Shown piece after piece: positions 28,064-37,388 of a DNA stretch of 64,000 nt; position 1 is the stretch's first letter, and each line of letters opens with the position of its first letter. Where the stretch lies: assembly GCA_963767005.1 (NCBI GenBank), contig CAVYCN010000007.1, positions 1 to 64,000 of the forward strand, in the 5' to 3' direction. The translations under genes and the position numbers were made by a program. Under the pieces are notes generated by a model. The model ran no database searches. It was not told the origin of the DNA and was given only the letters and a program-made list of their open reading frames with translations. This stretch comes from an uncultured Actinomycetes bacterium. GTDB lineage: Bacteria; Actinomycetota; Thermoleophilia; UBA2241.

Positions 28064-29062
28064 GTGCTGGCCGCCGCTCTCGTGGTCGTGGCCGGCGCCA
28101 TACTCGGCGTCGCCGGCTTTGCCGTGGAACAGAGCCACGCCAACTGGCGCCCGCACGTCGTCCGCACAGCCTCGGGCTGGCGCATCACCGAGCCGGGTGC
28201 CGGCATCGGCGACCCGACCCTGGCCGGCGGTCACCTCGCCTGGCAGGACGGCCCCTACACCGTGCTCATGGACCTGCGCACCGGACGGTCGCGTCTCGTC
28301 GGCGACGGCGAGAACGCCGGATCGGTCGCCTCACCGGCGCTGTCGAACAGCGGCGTCGTGTGGGAGGAGGCGGCCGGCGGCGGGCAGCGCTCCTACGTGT
28401 ATGCCTTCGACTTCGCCACCGGCCGCCGGCTGCTGCTGGGCCAGGCCGACACACTGCCGACCACGCCGGCCGTGAGCGGCGCCACCGCGTTCTGGCTGAG
28501 CGACGGCGGCATCGTAGGCTGCGGGCTGGCCGGCGGCAAGCCCACGGTGATCACCGAGCAGGCCGGCGTCGGCCAGTTCCTCATGGCTGCAGGCTCGCTC
28601 GTCGCCTGGTCCCAGCAGGGCAGCGCCGGGGCGCCCTTCCAGATCACCCTGCACGACAGGGCGACCGGCGAGACCACCCGCCTGCGCCTGCCCGGGGAGA
28701 CGCCGGGCGCGGTCTTCGAGCCGCCCATCCTCGCAAGCGACACGCTCGCCTGGCTGCGCGCCGACCGGCACGGGTCCACGGCCTCGATCACGACCTACGA
28801 CGTCGAGACCCTGACCGAGCGCGAGGTCGTCGCCGGGCGCGTGCTCGTGGGCCCCGGCTTCGACGGCGCCACGGTGGTCTGGGCGCAGCCGTCGGGCGGC
28901 GGCGACACGATCCTGGCCCTGGCCCTCGGCGCGGCGACACCGGTGACAGTCGCGCACGTGGCCGGCGGCGTGCAGTCGGTGCTCGTGAGCGGCGACGTCG
29001 TGGCCTGGTGGATGCGCACCGCCAGCAGCTCGTGGATCGAGACGGCGAGGCTGCCCTCGTGA
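28064..29062 (+). CDS. Exported beta-propeller-like protein
   Basis: N-terminal hydrophobic segment; repeated PxxxGxxvvW units; start uncertain. Confidence 0.7.
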   Translation: MLAAALVVVAGAILGVAGFAVEQSHANWRPHVVRTASGWRITEPGAGIGDPTLAGGHLAWQDGPYTVLMDLRTGRSRLVGDGENAGSVASPALSNSGVVWEEAAGGGQRSYVYAFDFATGRRLLLGQADTLPTTPAVSGATAFWLSDGGIVGCGLAGGKPTVITEQAGVGQFLMAAGSLVAWSQQGSAGAPFQITLHDRATGETTRLRLPGETPGAVFEPPILASDTLAWLRADRHGSTASITTYDVETLTEREVVAGRVLVGPGFDGATVVWAQPSGGGDTILALALGAATPVTVAHVAGGVQSVLVSGDVVAWWMRTASSSWIETARLPS

Positions 29063-29496
29063 GCCTGCCAGACCCCCTCGCCATTACCGCAGCGCCGGCG
29101 CCGCCGAGCGCCGCCTCGCTGCCGACCTCCGCCCCGGAGTGCGCCGCCTCGTCGACCTCCACGCAGCACCATCGCCTGGCGCGCTGGGGCATCGGCGGCG
29201 AGCAGCTCCTGTTCTGGCTGCTGCTCGCCCTCTGGACGCTGAACGTCTGTGACCTGCTGCTCACGCGCTACTCGCTCTGGCTGGGCTTCGCCACCGAGGA
29301 GAACGGCGTCATGCGCTACTTCCTGCACGAGAGCGCGGTGAGCGCGACGGCCTTCAAGATCGGCGTCGTCACGGTCGGCTCGCTCGTGCTGTGGCGCGTG
29401 CGCCACCGCCCCACGGCCCTGGTCGCCGCGGTGCTGCTCACCGGCATCTTCGCCGCGGTCGTCGCCTACCAGGCCGCCTGGGTCCTGAGCCTGTAG
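29059..29496 (+). CDS. Small membrane protein (DUF5658-like)
   Basis: LNVCDLLLT...G.ATEENGVM...AFK pattern; GTGA overlap with the upstream gene. Confidence 0.7.
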   Translation: MSLPDPLAITAAPAPPSAASLPTSAPECAASSTSTQHHRLARWGIGGEQLLFWLLLALWTLNVCDLLLTRYSLWLGFATEENGVMRYFLHESAVSATAFKIGVVTVGSLVLWRVRHRPTALVAAVLLTGIFAAVVAYQAAWVLSL

Positions 29497-29986
29497 CTCA
29501 AGCCCCGGCGCATCGCAGGCGAGGCCACAAGGCCGAGCTCCGCGCGCGGAGGCACACCAGCGGCCCGCAATGTGAGCGAGGACGGTCCGCGCCGTGGGCG
29601 GCGGCGCGACGAAGTCGCCGCCGCCGCCATCGTCCCACCCCCCGTGCTCGGCGAAGCCGAGCCACGGCGAGCCGCGCAGCCCTCCCGCCGGGCGGCGGAG
29701 CGGGGGTGAGGACGGAGGGCGAACTTCGAGCCCTCACGCCGCGACGGACGCCGCGGCGTCCTCGAGCGAACCGAGAGCCCGAGTCCTCACCTCCGCGCAG
29801 CCGCCGGCGCGGCCGGCGCAGCCCGGCGCCGCCGGCAGAGCCCGCTGCAACACCGCACAGGTCCGCACACCGGACCAAACAAAGTCGCTCAATCTTGCCC
29901 GCCATGCGGTCGACGAGCACACATCCTCACCGCTATACTTCTTGTGGTTCTCCCTGCGGATCGTGGAATCAGCGGAAGTCTCACCC

Positions 29987-30037
29987 GACGGCAAGTGTGC
30001 CCGGACGGCAAGTGTGCCTCGACGGCAAGTCTGCCGA
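29987..30037 (+). repeat. Three 17-bp tandem repeats, each a GGCA-N4-TGCC mini-hairpin, next to the hdrA RBS
   Basis: GACGGCAAGTGTGCCCG / GACGGCAAGTGTGCCTC / GACGGCAAGTCTGCCGA. Confidence 0.85.
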
Positions 30038-30054
30038 CTCGCGAAGGAGAGTGT

Positions 30055-33000
30055 ATGGCCAGGCCCAATGGTCCCACCACGACCGGTGCTGCTCTCGTCC
30101 TTGGTGGCGGCGTCGCCGGCATCCAATGCTCGCTCGACCTAGCCGAAGGCGGGTACAAGGTCTACCTCGTCGAGAAGTCGCCGGCCCTCGGCGGCCACAT
30201 GTCGCAGCTCGACAAGACCTTCCCCACCAACGACTGCTCGATGTGCACGCTGGCGCCCAAGCTGGTCGAAGCCGGGCGACACCTGAACATCGAGATCGTC
30301 ACGAACGCCGAGCTCACCGGCCTCGACGGCGCGCCCGGCGACTTTCGCGCCAAGGTCTACCACCACGCCCGCTTCGTCGACCCCGACCTCTGCACGAGCT
30401 GCGGCGAGTGCGCCCCGGTCTGCCCCGTCACCGTGGCCGACCAGTACAACGAGGAGCTCGGCGAGCGCAAGGCCATCTACAAGCTTTACCCGCAGGCCAT
30501 CCCCAACACCTACGCGGTCACCAAGAAAGGCCACTCGCCCTGCAAGCGCGCCTGCGCCGTGCACACCTCGGCCCAGGGCTACGTCGCGCTGATCGGCGAG
30601 CAGCGCTTCGCCGACGCCTACCGCGTGGCGAGCGAGCCCAACCCCTTCCCCGCCGTCTGCGGTCGCGTCTGCACGCACAAGTGCGAGACCGACTGCACGC
30701 GCGGCGAGATCGAGCAGCCGATCGCGATCGCCGGCCTCAAGCGCTTTCTTTCCGACTACGCGGTCGACAACGTGCCGCTGCCCGACCCCGCCGAGGTCAG
30801 GTTCGACGAGAAGGTGGCGATCGTCGGCGGCGGCCCGAGCGGCCTGTCGTGCGCCCGCGACCTCGCCCTGCTCGGCTACCAGACGACGGTCTTCGAAGCC
30901 AAGCCCGAGCCCGGCGGCATGCTGCGCTTCGGCATCCCCGAGTACCGCCTGCCCAAGGCCGCCCTGCAGCAGGACATCGACCGTATCGTGGCGCTCGGCG
31001 TCGACCTGCAGTGCGACAAGGCGGCCGGCTACGACTTCACCATCGACTCGCTGCTCAAGGACGGCTACAAGGCCGTCTACCTGGCGACCGGCCTCCAGGG
31101 CGGCCGCGCGCTGCCGATCCCCGGCGCCGACGCCACGGGCGTCTTCACCGCGGTCGACCTGCTGCGCGACGCCACCCTGGGCAAGCCCATCGACATGGGC
31201 AAGAACGTCATCGTGATCGGCGGCGGCGACGTCGCCTTCGACGCCGGCCGCACGGCCGTGCGCCTGGGCGCCGAGAAGGTCACCCTCGTCTGCATCGAGG
31301 ACGACGCCACCATGCCGGCCTCGGCCGACGAGATCGAAGAGGGCCTCGCCGAATCGATCAGCTTCATCTGCTCGTGCATGCCGACCGCCGTCGTACCCGG
31401 GCCCGACGGCCGCGCCAGCAGGGTCGAGTTCACGGCCTGCACGCTGGGCGACGCCGACGAACGCGGCTGGCGCCCGCCCGTGCCGCTCGACAACAGCTTC
31501 AGCGAGCTTGCCTGCGACACCGTCGTGTTCGCGACCGGTCAGGGCATGGTCGACGACTTCTCGAAGGGCGCCCGCGGCGTCAAGGTCGAGAAGAACCAGA
31601 TCGTGACCGACAAGCAGACCCAGGCCACCGGCCGCAAGGGCGTCTTCGCCGGCGGCGACGCGGCGGCCCGCGGCCCCTGGACGGCGATCGAGGCCGTCGC
31701 CGCCGGCCGGCGCGGCGCGCGCGCCGTCCACAACTTCCTGCGCGGCGAGGAGCTCCTGCCGCTCGACGACGACTCGCTCGACGAGGCCAAGCCCGACGAC
31801 GACGTGCTGCGTCAGACCGAGGTCATGGCGCGCACCACCATGCCGCAACTGCCGGGCACGGCCCGCAAGCTCACCTGGGACGAGGTCAACACCGGCTTCA
31901 GCGCCGAGCAGGCCGTGGCCGAGGCCAAGCGCTGCCTCAACTGCGCCGTCTGCTCCGAGTGCCTCGAGTGCGTACGCGCCTGCGGGCCCGGCGCCCTCGT
32001 GCACGGCGAGCGCGACCGCGAGTTCGACGTCGAGGTCGGGGCCGTCGTGCTGGCCACCGGCTTCGACCTCTACGACCCCGGCGACAAGGGCGAGTACGGC
32101 TATGGCCGCTACCCGGACATCCTGTCGGCCCTCGAGTACGAGCGCATGCTCTCCGCCTCGGGGCCGACCGTGGGCGAGATCAAGCGGCCGTCCAGCGGCG
32201 AGCACCCGAAGAAGATCGCCTTCATCCAGTGCGTGGGCTCGCGCGACCAGGACCACGAGTACTGCTCGAGCGTCTGCTGCATGTTCGCCAACAAGCAGGC
32301 CATGCTCACGATCGACCACGTGCCCGACTGCAAGCCCGACGTCTTCCTCATGGACATGCGGGCCCAGGGCAAGGGCTTCGACGCCTTCTACGAGCGCGCC
32401 CAGAACATGGGCGTGAGCTTCATCCGCTCGCGGCCCTCGTACATCAAGGAGGACCCGGCCACCCACGACCTGCTGATCACCTGGGAAGACGAAGCCGGCG
32501 AGCTCCACACCGACCGCTACGACATGGTCGTGCTCAGCGCCGGCCTCGAGCCGGCGCGCAAGGCGCAGGCGGCCGCCGGCGCCCTCGGCGTGGCCCTCAA
32601 CCGTCACGGCTTCTGCGAGCTGCACGAATACGCGCCGCTCGACTCGAGCCGCGAGGGCGTCTACGTCGTCGGCCCGTTCGGCGAGCCCAAGGACATCCCC
32701 GACTCGGTGGCCCAGGCGAGCGCCGCGGCGGCCAAGGTGATGACCGGTCTGGCCGATTCGCGCGGCACGCTCACGGTCGACAAGGAGTACCCGGCCGAGA
32801 CCGACGTCGTCGGGGTCGAACCCCGCGTCGGGGTGTTCGTCTGCCACTGCGGCTCGAACATCGCCGGCGTGATCGACGTCGAGGGCGTCGCCGAGTACGC
32901 CCTCAAGCTGCCCGGCGTGGTCTACGCCAACGACACCATGTACACGTGCTCGTCCGACTCGCTCACCCTCATCAAGGACATGGTCGCCGAGCACGACCTC

Positions 33001-34521
33001 AACCGCGTGGTGGTGGCGAGCTGTACGCCCCGTACCCACGAGCCGATCTTCCAGGACACCCTGCGCGAGGCCGGCCTCAACCCGTTCCTGTTCGAGATGG
33101 CCAACATCCGCGACCAGGCGAGCTGGGTGCACCGCGACCACCCCGACGAGGCGACCTCCAAGGCCAAGGACCTGATCCGCATGTCGGTGGCCCGGGCGCG
33201 CCTGCTCGAGCCGCTCTACAAGGTCGACGTGCCGCTCACCCACACCGCCATCGTCCTCGGCGGCGGCGTGGCCGGCATGACCGCGGCCAACGCCCTCGGC
33301 GACATGGGCCACGAGGTCCATCTCATCGAGCGCGCCGCCGCACTCGGCGGCCGCGTGCTCGAGCTCGACCAGACCATCAAGGGCTCGCACCCGGCCGACT
33401 TCGCCGCGGCCCTCGAGCGGCGCGTCATCGACAACCCCAACGTCAAGATCCACCTCGACGCGCGCCTCGCCGACTTCCACGGCTTCATCGGCAACTTCTC
33501 GAGCGTGATCGCGACTAGCGACGGCGTCCGCACGCCCATCGACCACGGCGTCGTGATCGTGGCCACCGGCTCGCAGGAGGCCCGGCCCGACATCTACGGC
33601 CTGGGCCAGAGCGACAGGATCGTCACCGGCCTCGACCTCGAGCACCTCTTCGCCGAGGAGCCGGCGCGCCTCGCCAAGACCGGGGCGGTCGGCTTCATCC
33701 TCTGCGCCGGTTCGCTCGAGGAAGGCGCCAACTACTGCTCGCGGACCTGCTGCCAGCAGAGCGTCAAGAACGCCATCCGCCTGAAGGAACAGAACCCCGA
33801 GCGGCCGGTCTACGTGTGGTTCAAGGAGGTCCGCACCTTCGGCCTCTTCGAGGAGTACTACACCAGGGCGCGCGAGCTCGGCGTGATCTTCACGCGGTAC
33901 GACAACGACTCCAAGCCCGAGATCGTGAGCGCCGGCAGCGCCGCCAACGGCAAGCCCGGCACGCCGGTCAAGGTCGCCTACACTGACCCCTACCTGCAGC
34001 GCCGCATCGAGCTGCCGCTCGACCTGCTCGTGCTGGCCACCCCGACGGTGGCAAGCGACGGCGCCTCCGAGCTGTCCAAGATGCTCAAGGTGCCGCTCCA
34101 GGGCGACGGCTTCTTCCTCGAGGCCCACGTCAAGCTGCGCCCCGTCGACTTCTCGAGCGAGGGCATCTTCCTGTGCGGCGGCGCCCACTACCCGAAGAGC
34201 ATCGACGAGTCGGTCAGCCAGGCTTACGCGGCCGCCGGCCGGGCCGCCGCGATCCTCGCCAAGCCGGCCCTGAAGGCCGGCGGCGTCGTCGCCGAGGTCG
34301 ATCAGGACAAGTGCGCCGCGTGTCTCACCTGCGTGCGCATCTGCCCCTACGAGGTGCCGACCATCGACCCGGTCGCCAAGAAGGCCGTGATCGAGGCGGC
34401 CGCCTGCCAGGGCTGCGGCGTGTGCGTGAGCGAGTGCCCGGCCAAGGCGATCGTCCTGCACCACTACACCGACGCCCAGATCTTCGCCAAAGAAGAGGCC
34501 CTCACGATGGAGGTGAGCTGA
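30055..34521 (+). CDS. hdrA: Large HdrA-family (HdrL-type) flavoprotein with inserted GltD-like pyridine-nucleotide module
   Basis: GGGVAG, LDKTFPTNDCSMC, FIQCVGSRD, YCSSVCC, VGVFVCHCG, ASCTPRTHE, MANIR, EAHVKLRP; insert NPFPAVCGRVCTHKCE, GGMLRFGIPEYRLP, EAKRCLNC; AAGGAGA RBS. Confidence 0.93.
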   Translation: MARPNGPTTTGAALVLGGGVAGIQCSLDLAEGGYKVYLVEKSPALGGHMSQLDKTFPTNDCSMCTLAPKLVEAGRHLNIEIVTNAELTGLDGAPGDFRAKVYHHARFVDPDLCTSCGECAPVCPVTVADQYNEELGERKAIYKLYPQAIPNTYAVTKKGHSPCKRACAVHTSAQGYVALIGEQRFADAYRVASEPNPFPAVCGRVCTHKCETDCTRGEIEQPIAIAGLKRFLSDYAVDNVPLPDPAEVRFDEKVAIVGGGPSGLSCARDLALLGYQTTVFEAKPEPGGMLRFGIPEYRLPKAALQQDIDRIVALGVDLQCDKAAGYDFTIDSLLKDGYKAVYLATGLQGGRALPIPGADATGVFTAVDLLRDATLGKPIDMGKNVIVIGGGDVAFDAGRTAVRLGAEKVTLVCIEDDATMPASADEIEEGLAESISFICSCMPTAVVPGPDGRASRVEFTACTLGDADERGWRPPVPLDNSFSELACDTVVFATGQGMVDDFSKGARGVKVEKNQIVTDKQTQATGRKGVFAGGDAAARGPWTAIEAVAAGRRGARAVHNFLRGEELLPLDDDSLDEAKPDDDVLRQTEVMARTTMPQLPGTARKLTWDEVNTGFSAEQAVAEAKRCLNCAVCSECLECVRACGPGALVHGERDREFDVEVGAVVLATGFDLYDPGDKGEYGYGRYPDILSALEYERMLSASGPTVGEIKRPSSGEHPKKIAFIQCVGSRDQDHEYCSSVCCMFANKQAMLTIDHVPDCKPDVFLMDMRAQGKGFDAFYERAQNMGVSFIRSRPSYIKEDPATHDLLITWEDEAGELHTDRYDMVVLSAGLEPARKAQAAAGALGVALNRHGFCELHEYAPLDSSREGVYVVGPFGEPKDIPDSVAQASAAAAKVMTGLADSRGTLTVDKEYPAETDVVGVEPRVGVFVCHCGSNIAGVIDVEGVAEYALKLPGVVYANDTMYTCSSDSLTLIKDMVAEHDLNRVVVASCTPRTHEPIFQDTLREAGLNPFLFEMANIRDQASWVHRDHPDEATSKAKDLIRMSVARARLLEPLYKVDVPLTHTAIVLGGGVAGMTAANALGDMGHEVHLIERAAALGGRVLELDQTIKGSHPADFAAALERRVIDNPNVKIHLDARLADFHGFIGNFSSVIATSDGVRTPIDHGVVIVATGSQEARPDIYGLGQSDRIVTGLDLEHLFAEEPARLAKTGAVGFILCAGSLEEGANYCSRTCCQQSVKNAIRLKEQNPERPVYVWFKEVRTFGLFEEYYTRARELGVIFTRYDNDSKPEIVSAGSAANGKPGTPVKVAYTDPYLQRRIELPLDLLVLATPTVASDGASELSKMLKVPLQGDGFFLEAHVKLRPVDFSSEGIFLCGGAHYPKSIDESVSQAYAAAGRAAAILAKPALKAGGVVAEVDQDKCAACLTCVRICPYEVPTIDPVAKKAVIEAAACQGCGVCVSECPAKAIVLHHYTDAQIFAKEEALTMEVS

Positions 34522-34522
34522 G

Positions 34523-35095
34523 ATGGCCGACGAACCCGCCGCGGCCGCCGCGGCCCCCGTCGAAAGCGCGGAGAAGGCCGCTCAGGCGCTGCCGGCAAAC
34601 GAGGGCTTCGAGCCCGAGATCATCGTCTTCGCCTGTCACTACTGCGCCTACGCCGCCGCCGACCTGGCCGGCAGCATGCGGCTGCAGTACCCCTCGAACA
34701 TCCGCATGATCAAGCTGCCCTGCACGGGCAAGCTCGAGGTGATCCACCTGCTCAAGGCGCTCGAGGCCGGCGCCGACGGCGTCTACGCTGCCGGCTGCCT
34801 CGAGGGGGAGTGTCACTACCTCAAGGGCAACCTCTGGGCACGCAAGCGGGTCGGCTACGTCAAGAAGCTGCTCGAGGAGGTCGGCATCGATCCCGGCCGC
34901 GTCGAGATGTACAACATGTCGTCGGCCATGGGCCCGCAGTTCGCCGAGACCGCGCGCGAGTTCACCGCGCGCATCCGCGGCCTCGGCCCCAACCCGGTGC
35001 GCCCGCGCGAGGGCTTCACCGCTCACGAGCTCGTGCGCGAGCAGATGGGCGACCTCGCCATGCCCGACGACCCAGCCACCGACAGCCCCGCATGA
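34523..35095 (+). CDS. mvhD: MvhD/FlpD [2Fe-2S] subunit
   Basis: FACHYCAYAAADLAG, LPCTGK, GADGV, GCLEGECHY..GN. Confidence 0.93.
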   Translation: MADEPAAAAAAPVESAEKAAQALPANEGFEPEIIVFACHYCAYAAADLAGSMRLQYPSNIRMIKLPCTGKLEVIHLLKALEAGADGVYAAGCLEGECHYLKGNLWARKRVGYVKKLLEEVGIDPGRVEMYNMSSAMGPQFAETAREFTARIRGLGPNPVRPREGFTAHELVREQMGDLAMPDDPATDSPA

Positions 35096-35126
35096 CCGCG
35101 GTCTTCGTGGAGGAAGGACAGTCGAG

Positions 35127-35810
35127 ATGATCACAGCCGAACGCAAGCCCTTCGACGAGATCTACGGCATGACCGAAGGGCACGACAAGGTGCTGGTGGC
35201 CGGCTGCGACACCTGTGTCGCCGTCTGCCTGACCGGCGGAGAGAAAGAGGCGGAGATCCTCGCCTCGGAGCTGCGCATCAAGGCCAAGGAGGCCGGCCGC
35301 GACGTGCAGATCGAGCACACCGCGGCCATCCGCCAGTGCGAGTGGGAGTACCTGGACGCGATCGCCGCCAAGGTCGACGAGTACCCCCTGGTGCTCAGCA
35401 TGGCCTGCGGCATCGGCATCCAGTCGATGGCCGAGAAGTTCGCACCCAAGCTCGTGGTGCCGGCCGTCAACACCAACATGCTGGGCATGCCCCAGGAGCA
35501 CGCCATGTGGCTCGAGCGCTGCGGCGCCTGCGGCGACTGCGTGATCGGCGAGACCGCCGGCATCTGCCCGGTGGTGCGCTGCTCCAAGAGTCTCATGAAC
35601 GGTCCGTGCGGCGGCTCGCACGACGGCAAGTGCGAGGTCACGACGCCCGAGAAAGAAGACATCGACTGTGCCTGGGCGCTCATCTGGGAGCGCCTCAAGG
35701 CCCAGGGCCGCGAGGAACTGATGCTCGTCAACCGGCCGCCCAAGAACTGGAGCAAGAGCAGCTCCGGCGGACCACGGAAGATGGTGCGTGAGGAGGCGAA
35801 GCCGGTATGA
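35127..35810 (+). CDS. metV: Methylene-THF reductase MetV subunit
   Basis: GCDTCVAVC, RQCE, ACGIG, CGACGDC...GICPVVRCSKSLMNGPCGG, CAW; directly upstream of metF. Confidence 0.92.
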   Translation: MITAERKPFDEIYGMTEGHDKVLVAGCDTCVAVCLTGGEKEAEILASELRIKAKEAGRDVQIEHTAAIRQCEWEYLDAIAAKVDEYPLVLSMACGIGIQSMAEKFAPKLVVPAVNTNMLGMPQEHAMWLERCGACGDCVIGETAGICPVVRCSKSLMNGPCGGSHDGKCEVTTPEKEDIDCAWALIWERLKAQGREELMLVNRPPKNWSKSSSGGPRKMVREEAKPV

Positions 35811-36754
35811 CCCCCGCCACCGAGTACAAGGCTGGCAGCAACATCGAGCGACTCTTCGCCGAGGGCAAGTTCGTCGTCACCGGCGAGTGCGGCCCACCCA
35901 AGAGCGCCGACGGCAGCGTGATCGAGGAGAAGGCCAAGATCCTCAAAGGCTTCGTCGACGCGGTCAACATCACCGACAACCAGACGGCGGTCGTGCGCGT
36001 GAGCTCGCTCGTGTCGGGCTATCAGGCGCAGCAGAACGGCCTCGAGGCGATCATGCAGATGACCTGCCGTGACCGGAACCGCCTCGCCATGCAGGCCGAC
36101 ATCCTGGGCGCCTCGGTGCTGGGCATCAAGAACATCCTCTGCCTGACCGGCGACCACATGAGCTTCGGCAACCACCCCGAGGCCAAGGGCGTGCACGACC
36201 TCGACGCCATCAACCTCATCCACATGTACAAGCAGATGCGCGACGAGAAGAAGTTCCAGTGCGGCGACGACATGGACGTCGCGCCGCGGCTCTTCATCGG
36301 CTGCGCCGAGAACCCGTTCGGCGACCCGTTCGAGTTCCGTGCTCTGCGCTTGAAGAAGAAGGTCGAGGCCGGCGCCGACTTCATGCAGACCCAGTGCATC
36401 TTCAACGTCCCCAAGTTCAAGAAGTGGATGGAGGAGGTGCGCGCCCTGGGCCTGCACAAGGAGATCAAGATCCTCGCCGGCCTCACGCCGCTCAAGGGCG
36501 TCGGCGCGGCGCGGTACATGAAGAACTTCGTGCCCGGCATGGACGTGCCGCAGGAGATCGTCGACCGCATGGCGAGCGTCGAGAAGGGCCCGCCGGCGCA
36601 GGCCGAGGGCAAGAAGCTGGCCGTCGAGATGATCAAGGAGATCGCCGAGATCGAGGGCGTCGCCGGCGTCCACCTGATGGCGGTCGAGTGGGAAGTGGCC
36701 GTGCCCGAGATCGTCGAGTCGGCCGGCCTCATGCCGCGTCCGACGGTGGCGTAG
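35807..36754 (+). CDS. metF: Methylenetetrahydrofolate reductase
   Basis: TGECGPPK, NITDN, QMTCRDRNR, CLTGD, KKVEAGADF.QTQ, GVHLM. Confidence 0.95.
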   Translation: MTPATEYKAGSNIERLFAEGKFVVTGECGPPKSADGSVIEEKAKILKGFVDAVNITDNQTAVVRVSSLVSGYQAQQNGLEAIMQMTCRDRNRLAMQADILGASVLGIKNILCLTGDHMSFGNHPEAKGVHDLDAINLIHMYKQMRDEKKFQCGDDMDVAPRLFIGCAENPFGDPFEFRALRLKKKVEAGADFMQTQCIFNVPKFKKWMEEVRALGLHKEIKILAGLTPLKGVGAARYMKNFVPGMDVPQEIVDRMASVEKGPPAQAEGKKLAVEMIKEIAEIEGVAGVHLMAVEWEVAVPEIVESAGLMPRPTVA

Positions 36755-36770
36755 CGGAAAGGAGGGTGAC

Positions 36771-37388
36771 GTGACGACCATCGACGCCACGCTCGCCCGC
36801 CGCGTCAACCGTGGCTCGGGCGAGAACGCCTACAAGTGCTACCAGTGCAAGAAGTGCAGCACGGGCTGCCCGGTCGCCGGCTTCGGCGACCTGCACCCGG
36901 CACAGATCATGCGCGCCGTGCAGCTCGGCGCGGTCGACGCCGCCGTCGACAGCCGCTTCATCTGGCTGTGCACCGGCTGCGAGACCTGCTCCACGCGCTG
37001 CCCGCAGAGCATCGACATCGCGGCGATCATGGACGAGTTGCGCATGATTGCCCGCGAGACCGGCCGCGTGCACGCCGACGCGCCCTTCGCCAACATCCTC
37101 AAGCTCAACTACCAGTCGTTCCGGCGCTGGGGCCGCCTCTACGAGGTCGAGCTGCTCGCCCTCGACAAGGCGACGCGGCCGTCGGGCCTCATGGACGACG
37201 TCGTGATGGGCATCCAGATGTTCATGAAGGGCAAGATCAACCCGATGCCGACGATCGGCGACCGCGCCCAGATGAAGCGCATGGCGCAGGTGGCCGACCG
37301 CATCGAGCACGACAAGCGCGCGGTCGCCGCCGCCATGGACCTGCCCGACACGTCGCGTCCGCTGCCGTCCGACGGAGGTGCGCCGTGA
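36771..37388 (+). CDS. hdrC: Heterodisulfide reductase subunit C-like
   Basis: CYQCKKCSTGCP and IWLCTGCETCSTRCP. Confidence 0.9.
   Translation: MTTIDATLARRVNRGSGENAYKCYQCKKCSTGCPVAGFGDLHPAQIMRAVQLGAVDAAVDSRFIWLCTGCETCSTRCPQSIDIAAIMDELRMIARETGRVHADAPFANILKLNYQSFRRWGRLYEVELLALDKATRPSGLMDDVVMGIQMFMKGKINPMPTIGDRAQMKRMAQVADRIEHDKRAVAAAMDLPDTSRPLPSDGGAP

Noticed and set aside
29500-30050. THF/SAM/ZTP riboswitch upstream of the metVF operon
   Set aside because: None of the consensus core sequences is recognisable.
34523-35095. Selenocysteine recoding in mvhD or hdrA
   Set aside because: No in-frame TGA; Cys is encoded at the motif positions.
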